From assembly GCF_056746865.1 (NCBI RefSeq), contig NZ_CM163382.1: a DNA stretch of 64,000 bases; one strand, written 5' to 3'. How positions within the stretch are numbered: position 1 is the first letter of the stretch; the number at the start of each line of letters is the position of its first letter. Both the position numbers and the translations under genes were made by a program. This document shows, in pieces, positions 9,510-18,295 of this stretch. The notes below the pieces were generated by a model. The model was not told the origin of the DNA. It worked only from the letters and a program-made list of their open reading frames with translations, and searched no databases.

Positions 9510-10487
9510 GTGTTCGGGGGTTTTATGAGCAGCAAGCTTCATGGTCTTGTCTGGGAAGGGTGCGCCTTCACCGGCATGATCTTATCCAGGGTGGCGGTTA
9601 TGGCCCGTCTTGCAGACTACAGCAATGACGAGGGCGTGTCATGGCCTGCCATTGAAACTATCCGGCGTCAGATCGGTGCAAGAAGTGAATCCACAGTGAA
9701 ATCGGCTATTGCAGAACTGGCGAAAGAGGGCTGGCTGACGAAGGAAGAGCGTAAGGTCGGTGGGCGTAATGTAAGCAATATCTATCGGCTTAATGTGGAA
9801 AAACTCGAAGCAGCTGCGGCGGCGGCGCGTGAGTCATATAAACCGAAAAGAAAAATTAGCCCGGCAAAAAATGACCCGTTAACAGTTGACCCGTCAAATA
9901 TTGACCCCTCAACGGTTGACCCGTCAAATTTTGATGGATCAACTGTTGATAAAAAACTGCCGATTAGGGGGGCGATGATTGACCCCGATCCGTCAGTATT
10001 AAAACCTGATCCGTCAGATAAAAGATCTTCTTGTCCGGACGCTTCGCAACCGGACCCGCAGACGGCTGAACAGGATTTTTTAACCCGACACCCTGACGCG
10101 GTTGTGTTCAGTGCGAAAAAACGCCAGTGGGGAAGTCAGGAAGATTTGGTGTGCGCACAGTGGATCTGGGGACGAATCGTGAGTCTTTACGAGCAGGCGG
10201 CCAGCGATGATGGCGAGATCACTAGACCGAAAGAACCCAACTGGACAGCATGGGCCAATGACGTTCGCACAATGCGGATGCTGGATGGCAGAACTCACAG
10301 ACAAATTTGTGAAATGTTTGGGCGTCTCCAGCGGGATTCGTTCTGGGTAAAAAACATCATGAGTCCGGCAAAACTCCGGGAAAAATGGGATGAACTGGTT
10401 ATCCGCCTGGGGCGTTCGCCTGCGCAGCGTTGCGTGAATCACATTTCTGAACCGGACACTGAAATACCGCCGGGATTCAGGGGGTGA
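9510..10487 (+). CDS. Replication initiation protein (lambda O functional analogue, YdaU-like)
   Basis: N-terminal winged-helix-like region; internal DNA iterons; immediately upstream of DnaC-like loader; start may be ATG 9525. Confidence 0.6.
   Translation: MFGGFMSSKLHGLVWEGCAFTGMILSRVAVMARLADYSNDEGVSWPAIETIRRQIGARSESTVKSAIAELAKEGWLTKEERKVGGRNVSNIYRLNVEKLEAAAAAARESYKPKRKISPAKNDPLTVDPSNIDPSTVDPSNFDGSTVDKKLPIRGAMIDPDPSVLKPDPSDKRSSCPDASQPDPQTAEQDFLTRHPDAVVFSAKKRQWGSQEDLVCAQWIWGRIVSLYEQAASDDGEITRPKEPNWTAWANDVRTMRMLDGRTHRQICEMFGRLQRDSFWVKNIMSPAKLREKWDELVIRLGRSPAQRCVNHISEPDTEIPPGFRG
9880..10020. repeat. Iteron cluster (candidate phage origin) inside the replication initiator gene
   Basis: Repeated TTGACCCGTCAAAT / TTGACCCCTCAACGG / TGACCCCGATCCGTCAG units, encoding DPSN/DPST peptide repeats. 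Confidence 0.5.
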
Positions 10488-10493
10488 CGTGTC

Positions 10494-11240
10494 ATGAAAA
10501 ACATTGCGGCAGTTGGGGTTCTTGAACGTATTCGCAGACTTGCACCACAGGGGTCGGTTCCACCGTACCGGACGGTGGAGGAGTGGCGGGAATGGCAACT
10601 TGCTGAAGGACGAAAACGCAGCGAGGAGATTAACCGCCAGAATCGCCAGTTGCGGGTGGAAAAAATCCTGAATCGTTCGGGCATCCAGCCTCTGCACAGC
10701 AAATGCTCGTTTGCAAATTATCAGGTGCAGAACGACGGGCAAAAATACGCGCTGAGCCAGGCCAAATCCATAGCTGACGAACTGATGACCGGGTGCACGA
10801 ATTTTGTGTTCAGCGGTAAAACCGGCACCGGGAAAAATCACCTTGCAGCGGCGATGGGCAACCGGCTGATGGTGAAGGGGCGCAGCGTGATTATCGTCAC
10901 CGTGTCTGACGTCATGAGCGTGTTGCATGACAGCTACGACAACGGCAAATCCGGGGAAAAATTTTTACAGGAGCTTTGCGGGGTTGATTTGCTGGTCCTG
11001 GATGAAATAGGCGTTCAGCGGGAGACGAAAAACGAGCAGGTGGTATTGCACCAGATAATTGATCGCCGGACAGCATCACTGTGCAGTGTCGGGATGTTAA
11101 CAAACCTGAATCATGCCGCAATGAGTACGCTTCTTGGTGAGAGGATTATGGACCGCATGACCATGAACGGTGGTCGATGGGTGACGTTTAACTGGGATAG
11201 CTGGCGTCCAAATGTCAGCAATATGAGGGTTGTGAAGTAA
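10494..11240 (+). CDS. DnaC-like helicase loader (IstB-like AAA+ ATPase)
   Basis: Walker A GKTGTGKNHLAAA and Walker B LLVLDEIG. Confidence 0.85.
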   Translation: MKNIAAVGVLERIRRLAPQGSVPPYRTVEEWREWQLAEGRKRSEEINRQNRQLRVEKILNRSGIQPLHSKCSFANYQVQNDGQKYALSQAKSIADELMTGCTNFVFSGKTGTGKNHLAAAMGNRLMVKGRSVIIVTVSDVMSVLHDSYDNGKSGEKFLQELCGVDLLVLDEIGVQRETKNEQVVLHQIIDRRTASLCSVGMLTNLNHAAMSTLLGERIMDRMTMNGGRWVTFNWDSWRPNVSNMRVVK

Positions 11241-11261
11241 TTTTGTCCGGAGGAAATTTTA

Positions 11262-12032
11262 ATGGAAACCGTATCTGACGCACTGAAAGCACTGAAAAAA
11301 GCCTCTTCACATGTGGTGGCAGCTCGCCTTGGAATCAGTCGTGAAGAGGCTGTCAACGAGCTGTGGGAACTCAAAAGAAATGGCGTCGTTGATAAAACTG
11401 GTCACACCTGGTTTCTGGCTGGCGAAGGTGAATCCCGGGTAACCGAAGAGCGGCCAGTAAAATCTGAAGCACAGGATATGCTGACCGGGGAGGTCGAACA
11501 AAAAGTTACCGCAGACATGATGATTGAGTTTATCGGTCAGGATGGGGCTAAAACGTGTGAGGAACTGGCGGGTAAGTTCGGTGTCAGTACTCGCAAGGTT
11601 GCTTCCACGCTGGCGGTGGTAACCGCAACGGGGCGGCTGGCACGCGTTAATCAGAACGGTAAATTTCGTTACTGCATGCCGGGCGATAATTTACCAGCAG
11701 AGCCGAAAGCCGCGCTGGTAACGGAAAGTGATGGTAAGGCCTTTCCTCAGCCAGCAGGTGCTGCGTTACCAGGCCGGGAAGCCGCAACACAGGAAGAAAT
11801 TAAAACAGAAACTGTGGCGGACATTGTGCAGTCGTTGCCATCGTTTACCGAAACGCAAGCAGATGAGCTGATTTTTCCGTCCCTGCGCAGGGCAAACCTG
11901 GCGCTGCGCAGGGCGAAAAGTGATGTTCAGAAGTGGGAGCGAGTCTGCGCCGCGCTGCGGGAGCTGAACAAGCACCGGGATATTGTTCGACAGATTACTG
12001 ATTCTTCCCGCCGTGTTGTATCGGAAAAGTGA
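11262..12032 (+). CDS. Hypothetical protein with two winged-helix-like repeats
   Basis: 256 aa; internal repeats AARLGISREEAVNELWELKRNGVV and LAGKFGVSTRKVASTLAVVTATGRLARV. Confidence 0.5.
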   Translation: METVSDALKALKKASSHVVAARLGISREEAVNELWELKRNGVVDKTGHTWFLAGEGESRVTEERPVKSEAQDMLTGEVEQKVTADMMIEFIGQDGAKTCEELAGKFGVSTRKVASTLAVVTATGRLARVNQNGKFRYCMPGDNLPAEPKAALVTESDGKAFPQPAGAALPGREAATQEEIKTETVADIVQSLPSFTETQADELIFPSLRRANLALRRAKSDVQKWERVCAALRELNKHRDIVRQITDSSRRVVSEK

Positions 12033-12047
12033 TTGCCGGAGGCGCTT

Positions 12048-12470
12048 ATGGCAAAAGTATTTACACAAGAAGAGCGGGAAAAAATTAAAGGGCAGGTTGT
12101 TGAACTTGTACGTCTGAGCGGTCGCGAGACGTTGCGGCAACTGGAAGCCAAGACAGGTGCGACAAGATATCTGATGAGTGTTCTCGCCAGAGAGCTGGTT
12201 GCCAGTGGCGATGTATACAACTCTGGTTACGGGTTATTCCCGTCTGAACAGGCGCGTAAGGACTGGCAAAACGCCCGCAAAAAACTCTCAAGGGCAAATC
12301 TGAAGAAACCATCTGTGGTTGATCCTGACCTTATCTGGCCATTACCAGACGGCGAAATACGCCGCTACGACAGGCGTCAAAACATAATCTGTAGCGAGTG
12401 CCGGAAGAGCGAAGCTATGCAGCGTGTACTGGCTTTCTATCAGGGTAATTTTCAGAAGGTGCTGTTGTGA
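12048..12470 (+). CDS. Hypothetical protein, putative wHTH
   Basis: ATG at 12048 with GGAGG RBS (track ORF starts at an upstream TTG, 12033). Confidence 0.5.
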   Translation: MAKVFTQEEREKIKGQVVELVRLSGRETLRQLEAKTGATRYLMSVLARELVASGDVYNSGYGLFPSEQARKDWQNARKKLSRANLKKPSVVDPDLIWPLPDGEIRRYDRRQNIICSECRKSEAMQRVLAFYQGNFQKVLL

Positions 12471-12575
12471 GCCAAATTAACAATCGGAACTTCGTGAAGA
12501 GAAAGCATAATCCAAATCTGAATAATTAAGTTCAGCACTGTAAATAAAATTTAATCCTTAACTGGAGGTATATCT

Positions 12576-12686
12576 ATGTCAAATACACAGAAAATTATTA
12601 ACACTGAAAAATATAACGAGTGGGTGAAAAATTCTCTGAGCAGATTTTTAAAATTACTGGCGACGAGAATGTGGCAAAAAATGAAT
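12576..12686 (+). CDS. Small basic protein (36 aa), hypothetical
   Basis: Manual translation MSNTQKIINTEKYNEWVKNSLSRFLKLLATRMWQKMN; GGAGG RBS 8 nt upstream; below track cutoff. Confidence 0.3.
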
Positions 12687-12819
12687 TAGAACCGTGGACA
12701 CCTGAAGGAAACGCACCAAATTATTGCTGGTGGGAGGTTGATCCGGTTGATGCTGCAAATGAAGCCATGAGTTACCACAACGATTAATGTCGGGAGGCCG
12801 CCCGAAAGGGCGGTAAGAA

Positions 12820-13038
12820 ATGACTACATTATTCAGAAAAGAATATCCGCAAAAAAGTAGGGCGACAGAATTTTTGTTTCTCATTCTGTTTATCGTATTG
12901 ATGATACCGATATCCCCTCTAATTTTTGTCTGGGCAATCGGGAAAATAATTGAGCCAGTTTCTGAATTGTATAACGACGTGGTGTGGGCGTCATTCAACA
13001 CACTGCACAATAAAATTAATCCGTATAAGGAAAACTGA
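12820..13038 (+). CDS. Small membrane protein, hypothetical
   Basis: 72 aa with one long hydrophobic segment; start preceded by GGAGG and a GNRA hairpin. Confidence 0.4.
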   Translation: MTTLFRKEYPQKSRATEFLFLILFIVLMIPISPLIFVWAIGKIIEPVSELYNDVVWASFNTLHNKINPYKEN

Positions 13039-13039
13039 T

Positions 13040-13243
13040 ATGGCAACTTTGACAAAAAAAGAACGGGCATGGTTGAACGAATTACAGGAAGTTCTTGATC
13101 GCTGTCCATCACCGAAAAAATTGGCTTTTACACCATTGGCGATAAAAGCATTTACCTGTATGACCTACGCCGCATGGATGAAATCATGGAGGCTCTTGAT
13201 AATCGTTCGTCGATGGATTGGTGTGTTGCTGTTCATGATATGA
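13040..13243 (+). CDS. Hypothetical small protein (67 aa)
   Basis: ATG overlapping the previous stop (TGATATG); internal Met of track ORF 12950..13243. Confidence 0.35.
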   Translation: MATLTKKERAWLNELQEVLDRCPSPKKLAFTPLAIKAFTCMTYAAWMKSWRLLIIVRRWIGVLLFMI

Positions 13244-13433
13244 ATGCAGGGTTTGATGAAAAGATTTTGTTCCCCTCATCAGTTGAAAGCACTGCGGGTT
13301 AAGGAGTAACACATGACCACTATTACCAAAGAACGTATTGAATTGTTCATTAAATTTTCAGGAGGCGGTACTGTGAGTGAAATTAGCTATCAGGCTTCAA
13401 TTACCGCTGGCATTCGCATCAAAGGAGAGGAGC

Positions 13434-13790
13434 ATGGAAATAAAACCAGAGGATGAGTTAAGCAATATCGTTTTATTTCCGGTAAAAGAGGATGACCCTC
13501 GTAATCAGGTTAATTTTCTTTATGAGCCATCGGAAAGACCATATTGTCATCACGCCTCTGTCCGGGTTGACGAAAAAGAGCGTCAGGTCCGCTGTAAAAT
13601 CTGCGGTGCAGTTGTGGAACCATTTGACTGGATGCTCTCTGTGGCGAAAAGAGAAACCAGACTGGCAGATGATGTAAGGCTCTTGCGTCAGGAGGAGCGG
13701 GAAAGGCGAAAAAATATAGAAAAGCTAATTCAGATTGAGCGTAACGCGAAAGCGCGGATACGCAGGGCGACAAAATCCAGAACTGAATAA
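13434..13790 (+). CDS. Hypothetical zinc-ribbon protein
   Basis: Start MEIKPEDE after AAAGGAGAGGAG RBS; CHH...CKICG motif; basic C-terminus. Confidence 0.45.
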   Translation: MEIKPEDELSNIVLFPVKEDDPRNQVNFLYEPSERPYCHHASVRVDEKERQVRCKICGAVVEPFDWMLSVAKRETRLADDVRLLRQEERERRKNIEKLIQIERNAKARIRRATKSRTE

Positions 13791-13883
13791 TTAAATTTAG
13801 CTCTGTTAAAAATTTAATCCTTAACCGGAGGGATTTCTGCACCCTCAGAACATCAGGAGGCCGCCCGAAAGGGCGGTAGTTAA

Positions 13884-14066
13884 ATGCGAAAGTTTAAAAT
13901 AATTATTGAAACGGGAATAGCCGGTGGAGATTTCGAGGATGAATTCGAAGTGGATGATGATGCGACGCCTGATGAAATACATGACGAAGCAAAAGATATT
14001 TTCTTTAACTACTGCAATTACTCATATCACGAAATAAAAGACGAAGAGGAAGAACAAAATGGCTGA
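13884..14066 (+). CDS. Small acidic protein, hypothetical
   Basis: 60 aa, highly acidic; start preceded by the second GGAGG/GNRA-hairpin module. Confidence 0.4.
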   Translation: MRKFKIIIETGIAGGDFEDEFEVDDDATPDEIHDEAKDIFFNYCNYSYHEIKDEEEEQNG

Positions 14067-14235
14067 TTTTGGTTCAACTAAATACAACGTCGGTTTTGAA
14101 GAATGGCATGAACTGTTAATGGACTATGCAGAGTTACGTGGTGGCAGTGCTGCTGATGCTGAAGCATGGCGTGATGATTATGAAGCAGGAAAAACTCCGG
14201 TCGAAGCATATTGTGATGAGTGGGGCGATGAATGA
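14059..14235 (+). CDS. Small acidic protein (58 aa), hypothetical
   Basis: Manual translation MADFGSTKYNVGFEEWHELLMDYAELRGG...; overlaps previous stop. Confidence 0.3.
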   Translation: MADFGSTKYNVGFEEWHELLMDYAELRGGSAADAEAWRDDYEAGKTPVEAYCDEWGDE

Positions 14236-14717
14236 GCGAGGTTAATTATCAGGAAGGGCATGAAACGGCGGGGCAAGCAAAAACAGTGGCATGGCGATAT
14301 CGCTACGTGAAAAAAAGGCGTTACGGACTTTCAGGGGAAGTAGTGGTCTGGTGACTGGAAATATGTACCGAAAAAAGAGGATTGTAACGACAGGCCGAAC
14401 TATGAAATTCAGGCCTTATTCACTGCCCCGCCAGTCCCGGTTACATCAGAAGAACTGGTTAAAGCTGTGCACTTTTATGAACAACTAAAATGCGAAAATC
14501 CACCAGCATCCGGAAACCTGATTACAGATTCCCAGATAAGGCAATGAGCTACCTGGCGCAGAACGGGCTGATAAGTATGGGGAATGTTTTACGATGAATA
14601 TTTAGACTAAAGAGTTTGTAACGCTATGTAAGTGATTTTTTCTGGTTTAGATATTTATATGTCCGGCTAAATTGAGGTGTGTTTAAATGTTATTGCACAT
14701 TGATTGTAGGGGGAATA

Positions 14718-14897
14718 ATGAAAAACGCATTGCAGTTTTTGTTTGTTGCGTTCTGGTTGTTCGCATCATGTATGCCCATCATCTTCACAGCAAGGTATAT
14801 GGAAAAAGTTGATGTTTTGATATTAATGTTTGGACATATAAATGCCCTTTTTTTAGGGGTGTTCATGGCGGTCATGTGCATTGAATACTGGCGGTAA
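14718..14897 (+). CDS. Small hydrophobic membrane protein, hypothetical
   Basis: Internal Met MKNALQFLFVAFWLF...; AT-rich surroundings. Confidence 0.3.
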   Translation: MKNALQFLFVAFWLFASCMPIIFTARYMEKVDVLILMFGHINALFLGVFMAVMCIEYWR

Positions 14898-15155
14898 ATA
14901 CAGCGAACGCCATTGGTTTAGTTGGATATTTACTGTGCCGGACAAAAACGGTTTGCGGGGAAATCTTAGTTAAGTAGAATGACTGCGGGTGCTTGAGGCT
15001 ATCTGTCTCAGGCATGAACACCAAAAGGCAGATAGAGAAAAGCCCCAGTTAACATTACGCGTCCTGCAAGACGCTTAACATTAATCTGAGGCCATATCTA
15101 TGCGACACATAGAGATTAGCCTCTTACGGACCGAAAGGTCAAGGAGAAGCAGGCT

Positions 15156-15311
15156 ATGAAGCAGCAAAAGGCGATGTTAATCGCCCTGATCGTCATCTGT
15201 TTAACCGTCATAGTGACGGCACTGGTAACGAGGAAAGACCTCTGCGAGGTACGAATCCGAACCGGCCAGACGGAGGTCGCTGTCTTCACAGCTTACGAAC
15301 CTGAGGAGTAA
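15156..15311 (+). CDS. hok: Hok/Gef-family type I toxin
   Basis: 51 aa MKQQKAMLIALIVICLTVIVTALVTRKDLCEVRIRTGQTEVAVFTAYEPEE, Hok-like TM helix plus CE(I/V)R motif; AAGGAG RBS; short overlapping upstream leader ORF (mok-like). Confidence 0.85.
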   Translation: MKQQKAMLIALIVICLTVIVTALVTRKDLCEVRIRTGQTEVAVFTAYEPEE

Positions 15312-15380
15312 GAGACCAGGCGAGGGGGAAATCCCTCGCCACCTCTGATGAGTCAGGCATCCTCAACGCACCCGCACTTA

Positions 15381-15407
15381 ACCCGCTTCGGCGGGTTTTG
15401 TTTTTTC
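15381..15407 (+). terminator. Intrinsic terminator after hok
   Basis: ACCCGC-ttcg-GCGGGT hairpin followed by TTTGTTTTTT. Confidence 0.6.
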
Positions 15408-15478
15408 CTGGCATTCTGGTTTACAATTCGCACGTCAGCCTGAACACCTGACACCTGCTGCGCCAGTAGAGAAAACAG

Positions 15479-15751
15479 ATGGCGCACAAAACCAAATTTC
15501 ACAATTCTGATACCGACCTTGCCATCCGGCATGGGCGGCGTTCACACGCATTTAAAACCGACTGGTACCAACACCCACCATGTACTGAAGAACAGGCCGA
15601 ATGGCTAATTCATAACTACCGCAGACGCGGATACGAGATTAAGAAAGCCCTCAGCCTCGATTATCGTCACTGGATAATCTATGTCAGGCTCCCTTATTCC
15701 GAACGCTCACCGCGCCCATCCCGCACATTCCAGCAACGCATCTGGAGGTAA
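15479..15751 (+). CDS. Hypothetical protein (90 aa), overlaps the DUF968 gene out of frame
   Basis: ORF overlapping 15681..16802 by 71 nt in another frame. Confidence 0.3.
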   Translation: MAHKTKFHNSDTDLAIRHGRRSHAFKTDWYQHPPCTEEQAEWLIHNYRRRGYEIKKALSLDYRHWIIYVRLPYSERSPRPSRTFQQRIWR

Positions 15752-16802
15752 CGTGCGGATATTACTTCGACCTGTTCTGGTACCGGAACTCGGGCTGGTG
15801 GTCCTTAGGCCGGGCCGTGAATCCATGCCGGTATTCCACAATACCCGGGTACTGGTGGAGCCTGAACCGAAAAGCATGCACGGTCTGCCGTCCGGAGTCG
15901 TCCCTGCCGTTCGCCAGCCGCTGGCGGAGGATAAATCATTTCTGCCATTTTTCAGCGATGAGCGGGTGATTCGTGCTGCTGGCGGCGCTGGGGCACTGTC
16001 TGACTGGCTGTTGCGTCATGTCAAATCCTGCCAGTGGCCTCATGGTGACTATCATCACAGTGAAATCGTCATACATCGTTACGGTACCGGCGCGATGGTG
16101 TTGTGCTGGCACTGCGACAACCAGTTGCGCGACCAGACCTCCGAATCACTCGGGCAACTTGCTCATCAAAACCTGTCAGCATGGATGATTGACGTCATAC
16201 GCCATGCAATGAATGGCACGCAGGAGCGGGAATTGTCGCTGGCTGAATTATCCTGGTGGGCGGTCCGCAATCAGGTGGCGGACGCGCTACCGGAAGTGGT
16301 ATTACGTCGTTCGCTGGGGTTGCGTGCGGAAAAAATCCGCTCAATGTACCGTGAAAGCGACATCGTACCGGGAGAGCAGACCGCCACCAGCATACTGAAA
16401 CAGCGCACAAAAAATATTGCGCCGCTGCCTCACGCCCACCAGCAACAGAACCCACCACAGGAAAAGACGGTGGTCAGCATTGCCGTTGATCCTGAGTCTC
16501 CGGAATCTTTCATGAAACGACCTAAACGTCGCCGCTGGGTTAACGAGAAATACAAACGCTGGGTGAAGACACAGCCGTGTGCGTGTTGTGGTAAGCCAGC
16601 CGACGATCCCCATCACCTGATTGGTCATGGTCAGGGCGGAATGGGGACAAAATCTCACGATATTTTCACGCTACCGCTGTGTCGGGAGCATCACAACGAG
16701 CTTCATGCGGATCCTCTGGCGTTCGAACAAAAGCATGGTTCTCAGGTTGATTTAATTTTTCGTTTTCTTGATCACGCCTTTGCAACTGGCGTGCTTGGGT
16801 AA
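15681..16802 (+). CDS. DUF968-like protein (Cys/His-rich C-terminal domain)
   Basis: C-terminal CACCGK...HHLIGHGQGGMGTKSHD...CREHHNELH region typical of prophage DUF968/YdfU-like proteins; start uncertain (alternative ATG 15825). Confidence 0.55.
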   Translation: MSGSLIPNAHRAHPAHSSNASGGNVRILLRPVLVPELGLVVLRPGRESMPVFHNTRVLVEPEPKSMHGLPSGVVPAVRQPLAEDKSFLPFFSDERVIRAAGGAGALSDWLLRHVKSCQWPHGDYHHSEIVIHRYGTGAMVLCWHCDNQLRDQTSESLGQLAHQNLSAWMIDVIRHAMNGTQERELSLAELSWWAVRNQVADALPEVVLRRSLGLRAEKIRSMYRESDIVPGEQTATSILKQRTKNIAPLPHAHQQQNPPQEKTVVSIAVDPESPESFMKRPKRRRWVNEKYKRWVKTQPCACCGKPADDPHHLIGHGQGGMGTKSHDIFTLPLCREHHNELHADPLAFEQKHGSQVDLIFRFLDHAFATGVLG

Positions 16803-16814
16803 AAGAGGTGACTG

Positions 16815-17174
16815 ATGCTCATAGATTTGGTTTTACCTTACCCGCCGACGGTGAACACTTACTGGCGACGCCGTGGCAGCACATATTTTATTTCGGAGGA
16901 GGGAAAGCGTTATCGCCGGGCTGTGGCGCTTATTGTTCGCCAGCAGCGGCTGAAATTAAGCCTGTCCGGAAGGCTGGCGATAAAGGTGATTGCAGAGCCA
17001 CCGGATAAGCGTCGTCGCGACCTGGACAATATCCTGAAAGCACCGCTGGATGCGCTGACGCATGCGGGAGTGTTAATGGACGATGAGCAGTTTGATGAAA
17101 TCAATATTGTACGTGGTCAGCCAGTATCTGGTGGACGGCTGGGTGTGAAGATTTACAAAATTGAGAGTGAGTGA
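16815..17174 (+). CDS. rusA: Holliday junction resolvase RusA
   Basis: 119 aa; LPYPPTVNTYWRRRG and RRRDLDN motifs match RusA. Confidence 0.9.
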   Translation: MLIDLVLPYPPTVNTYWRRRGSTYFISEEGKRYRRAVALIVRQQRLKLSLSGRLAIKVIAEPPDKRRRDLDNILKAPLDALTHAGVLMDDEQFDEINIVRGQPVSGGRLGVKIYKIESE

Positions 17175-17737
17175 GCGTAAATATGATATATCCGGAAATT
17201 ACAGGCAAAAGCGGCGAGCATTTACGTCTAAAAACGCTGGAAGCAGTCTGGATCCAGGGGAAATTACGGATGTGGGGGCGGTGGCCGTATATTGGCGGCG
17301 GTAAGACGGGAAATATGTTCAACCAATTACTGACCTCTAAAAAGCTGACAAAAACGGCAATTAACGAGGCGCTCCGGAGGATGAAAAAAGCTGGTCTGGA
17401 CAAACCTGAACTTGAGGCTTTTTTGCGGGATATGATCAACGGCAATCAAAAAAGCTGGCTGGCACATTGTACCGATTCAGAGGCGTTAATAATCGACAGG
17501 GTTATTGGTGAAGTCCTGGCAGGCTATCCCGGGCTGCTCAATGTCCTGAGTCAGCGTTATGTGGGGCGGGGGATGACTAAGCGCAAAATGGCTGAACTGC
17601 TGAATGATGCACACCCGGAATGGAGTTTAAGAACCTGTGAAAGACGCATTGAGCATTGGCTAAAGGTGGCAGAATTTATTTTGTACAAACCAATGGTTAT
17701 GGCTTTTGGTATAGAGAAAAAAGTTATTGCTTTTTGA
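17171..17737 (+). CDS. Q: Late antitermination protein Q (lambdoid Q-like)
   Basis: 188 aa directly after rusA and followed by a strong intrinsic terminator (tR'-like). Confidence 0.65.
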   Translation: MSVNMIYPEITGKSGEHLRLKTLEAVWIQGKLRMWGRWPYIGGGKTGNMFNQLLTSKKLTKTAINEALRRMKKAGLDKPELEAFLRDMINGNQKSWLAHCTDSEALIIDRVIGEVLAGYPGLLNVLSQRYVGRGMTKRKMAELLNDAHPEWSLRTCERRIEHWLKVAEFILYKPMVMAFGIEKKVIAF

Positions 17738-17814
17738 CGTAAAAACTGCTTCAATTCCGGTACGCTTCGCAAAGCTGTACCACGAGGCGAATAGCAGACA
17801 TGGACATTTGAAAG

Positions 17815-17839
17815 AGCCCGCTTTTTGCGGGTTTTTTTA
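17815..17839 (+). terminator. tR'-like intrinsic terminator downstream of Q
   Basis: GCCCGC-ttttt-GCGGG hairpin followed by TTTTTTT. Confidence 0.65.
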
Positions 17840-17961
17840 TGCCTGAAAAACGGCACAGAACATTAAACGCGCTGGTGGTTGCGAATACCGGTCTTTCAGC
17901 TTGCTGGCTTTTCCGACAAGAGTTATTGGTATGTTACGTTAACCAGAAAAGGGAAAAAGAC

Positions 17962-18159
17962 ATGCTAAAACAGCAGGATATGACCGAAACCGCCAGAGTG
18001 GTGTTTAATGAGTTAAGCGTCACCGAACCGGCGACAGTCGGGGAGATTGCACAGAATACTTACCTTTCACGCGAACGCTGCCAGTTAATACTGACCCAGC
18101 TTGTTATGGCGGGTCTGGCAGACTATCAGTTTGGTTGTTACAGACACCTTCAGTCCTGA
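17962..18159 (+). CDS. Hypothetical small wHTH-like protein
   Basis: Internal Met MLKQQDMTETARV...; motif TVGEIAQNTYLSRERCQLILTQL; followed by hairpin plus T-run at 18147..18173. Confidence 0.35.
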   Translation: MLKQQDMTETARVVFNELSVTEPATVGEIAQNTYLSRERCQLILTQLVMAGLADYQFGCYRHLQS

Positions 18160-18295
18160 AGGCTTTTTTATTTGTGGTAAATGGGCGGCTGGTGGGTGTG
18201 GTGGTAGACTGGCCCCCTGAATCTCCAGACAACCAATATCACTTATTTAAGTGATAGTCTTAATACTAGTTTTTAGACTAGTCATTGGAGAACAG

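Noticed and set aside
10080-10928. 282-aa minus-strand ORF overlapping the replication initiator and DnaC-like genes
   Set aside because: Antisense to two well-supported genes; His/Pro/Arg-rich low-complexity translation.
17734-17815. Exact pR' late promoter and Q-binding element
   Set aside because: A TTGACG hexamer overlaps the Q stop, but I could not identify a convincing -10 at proper spacing; left as unresolved.
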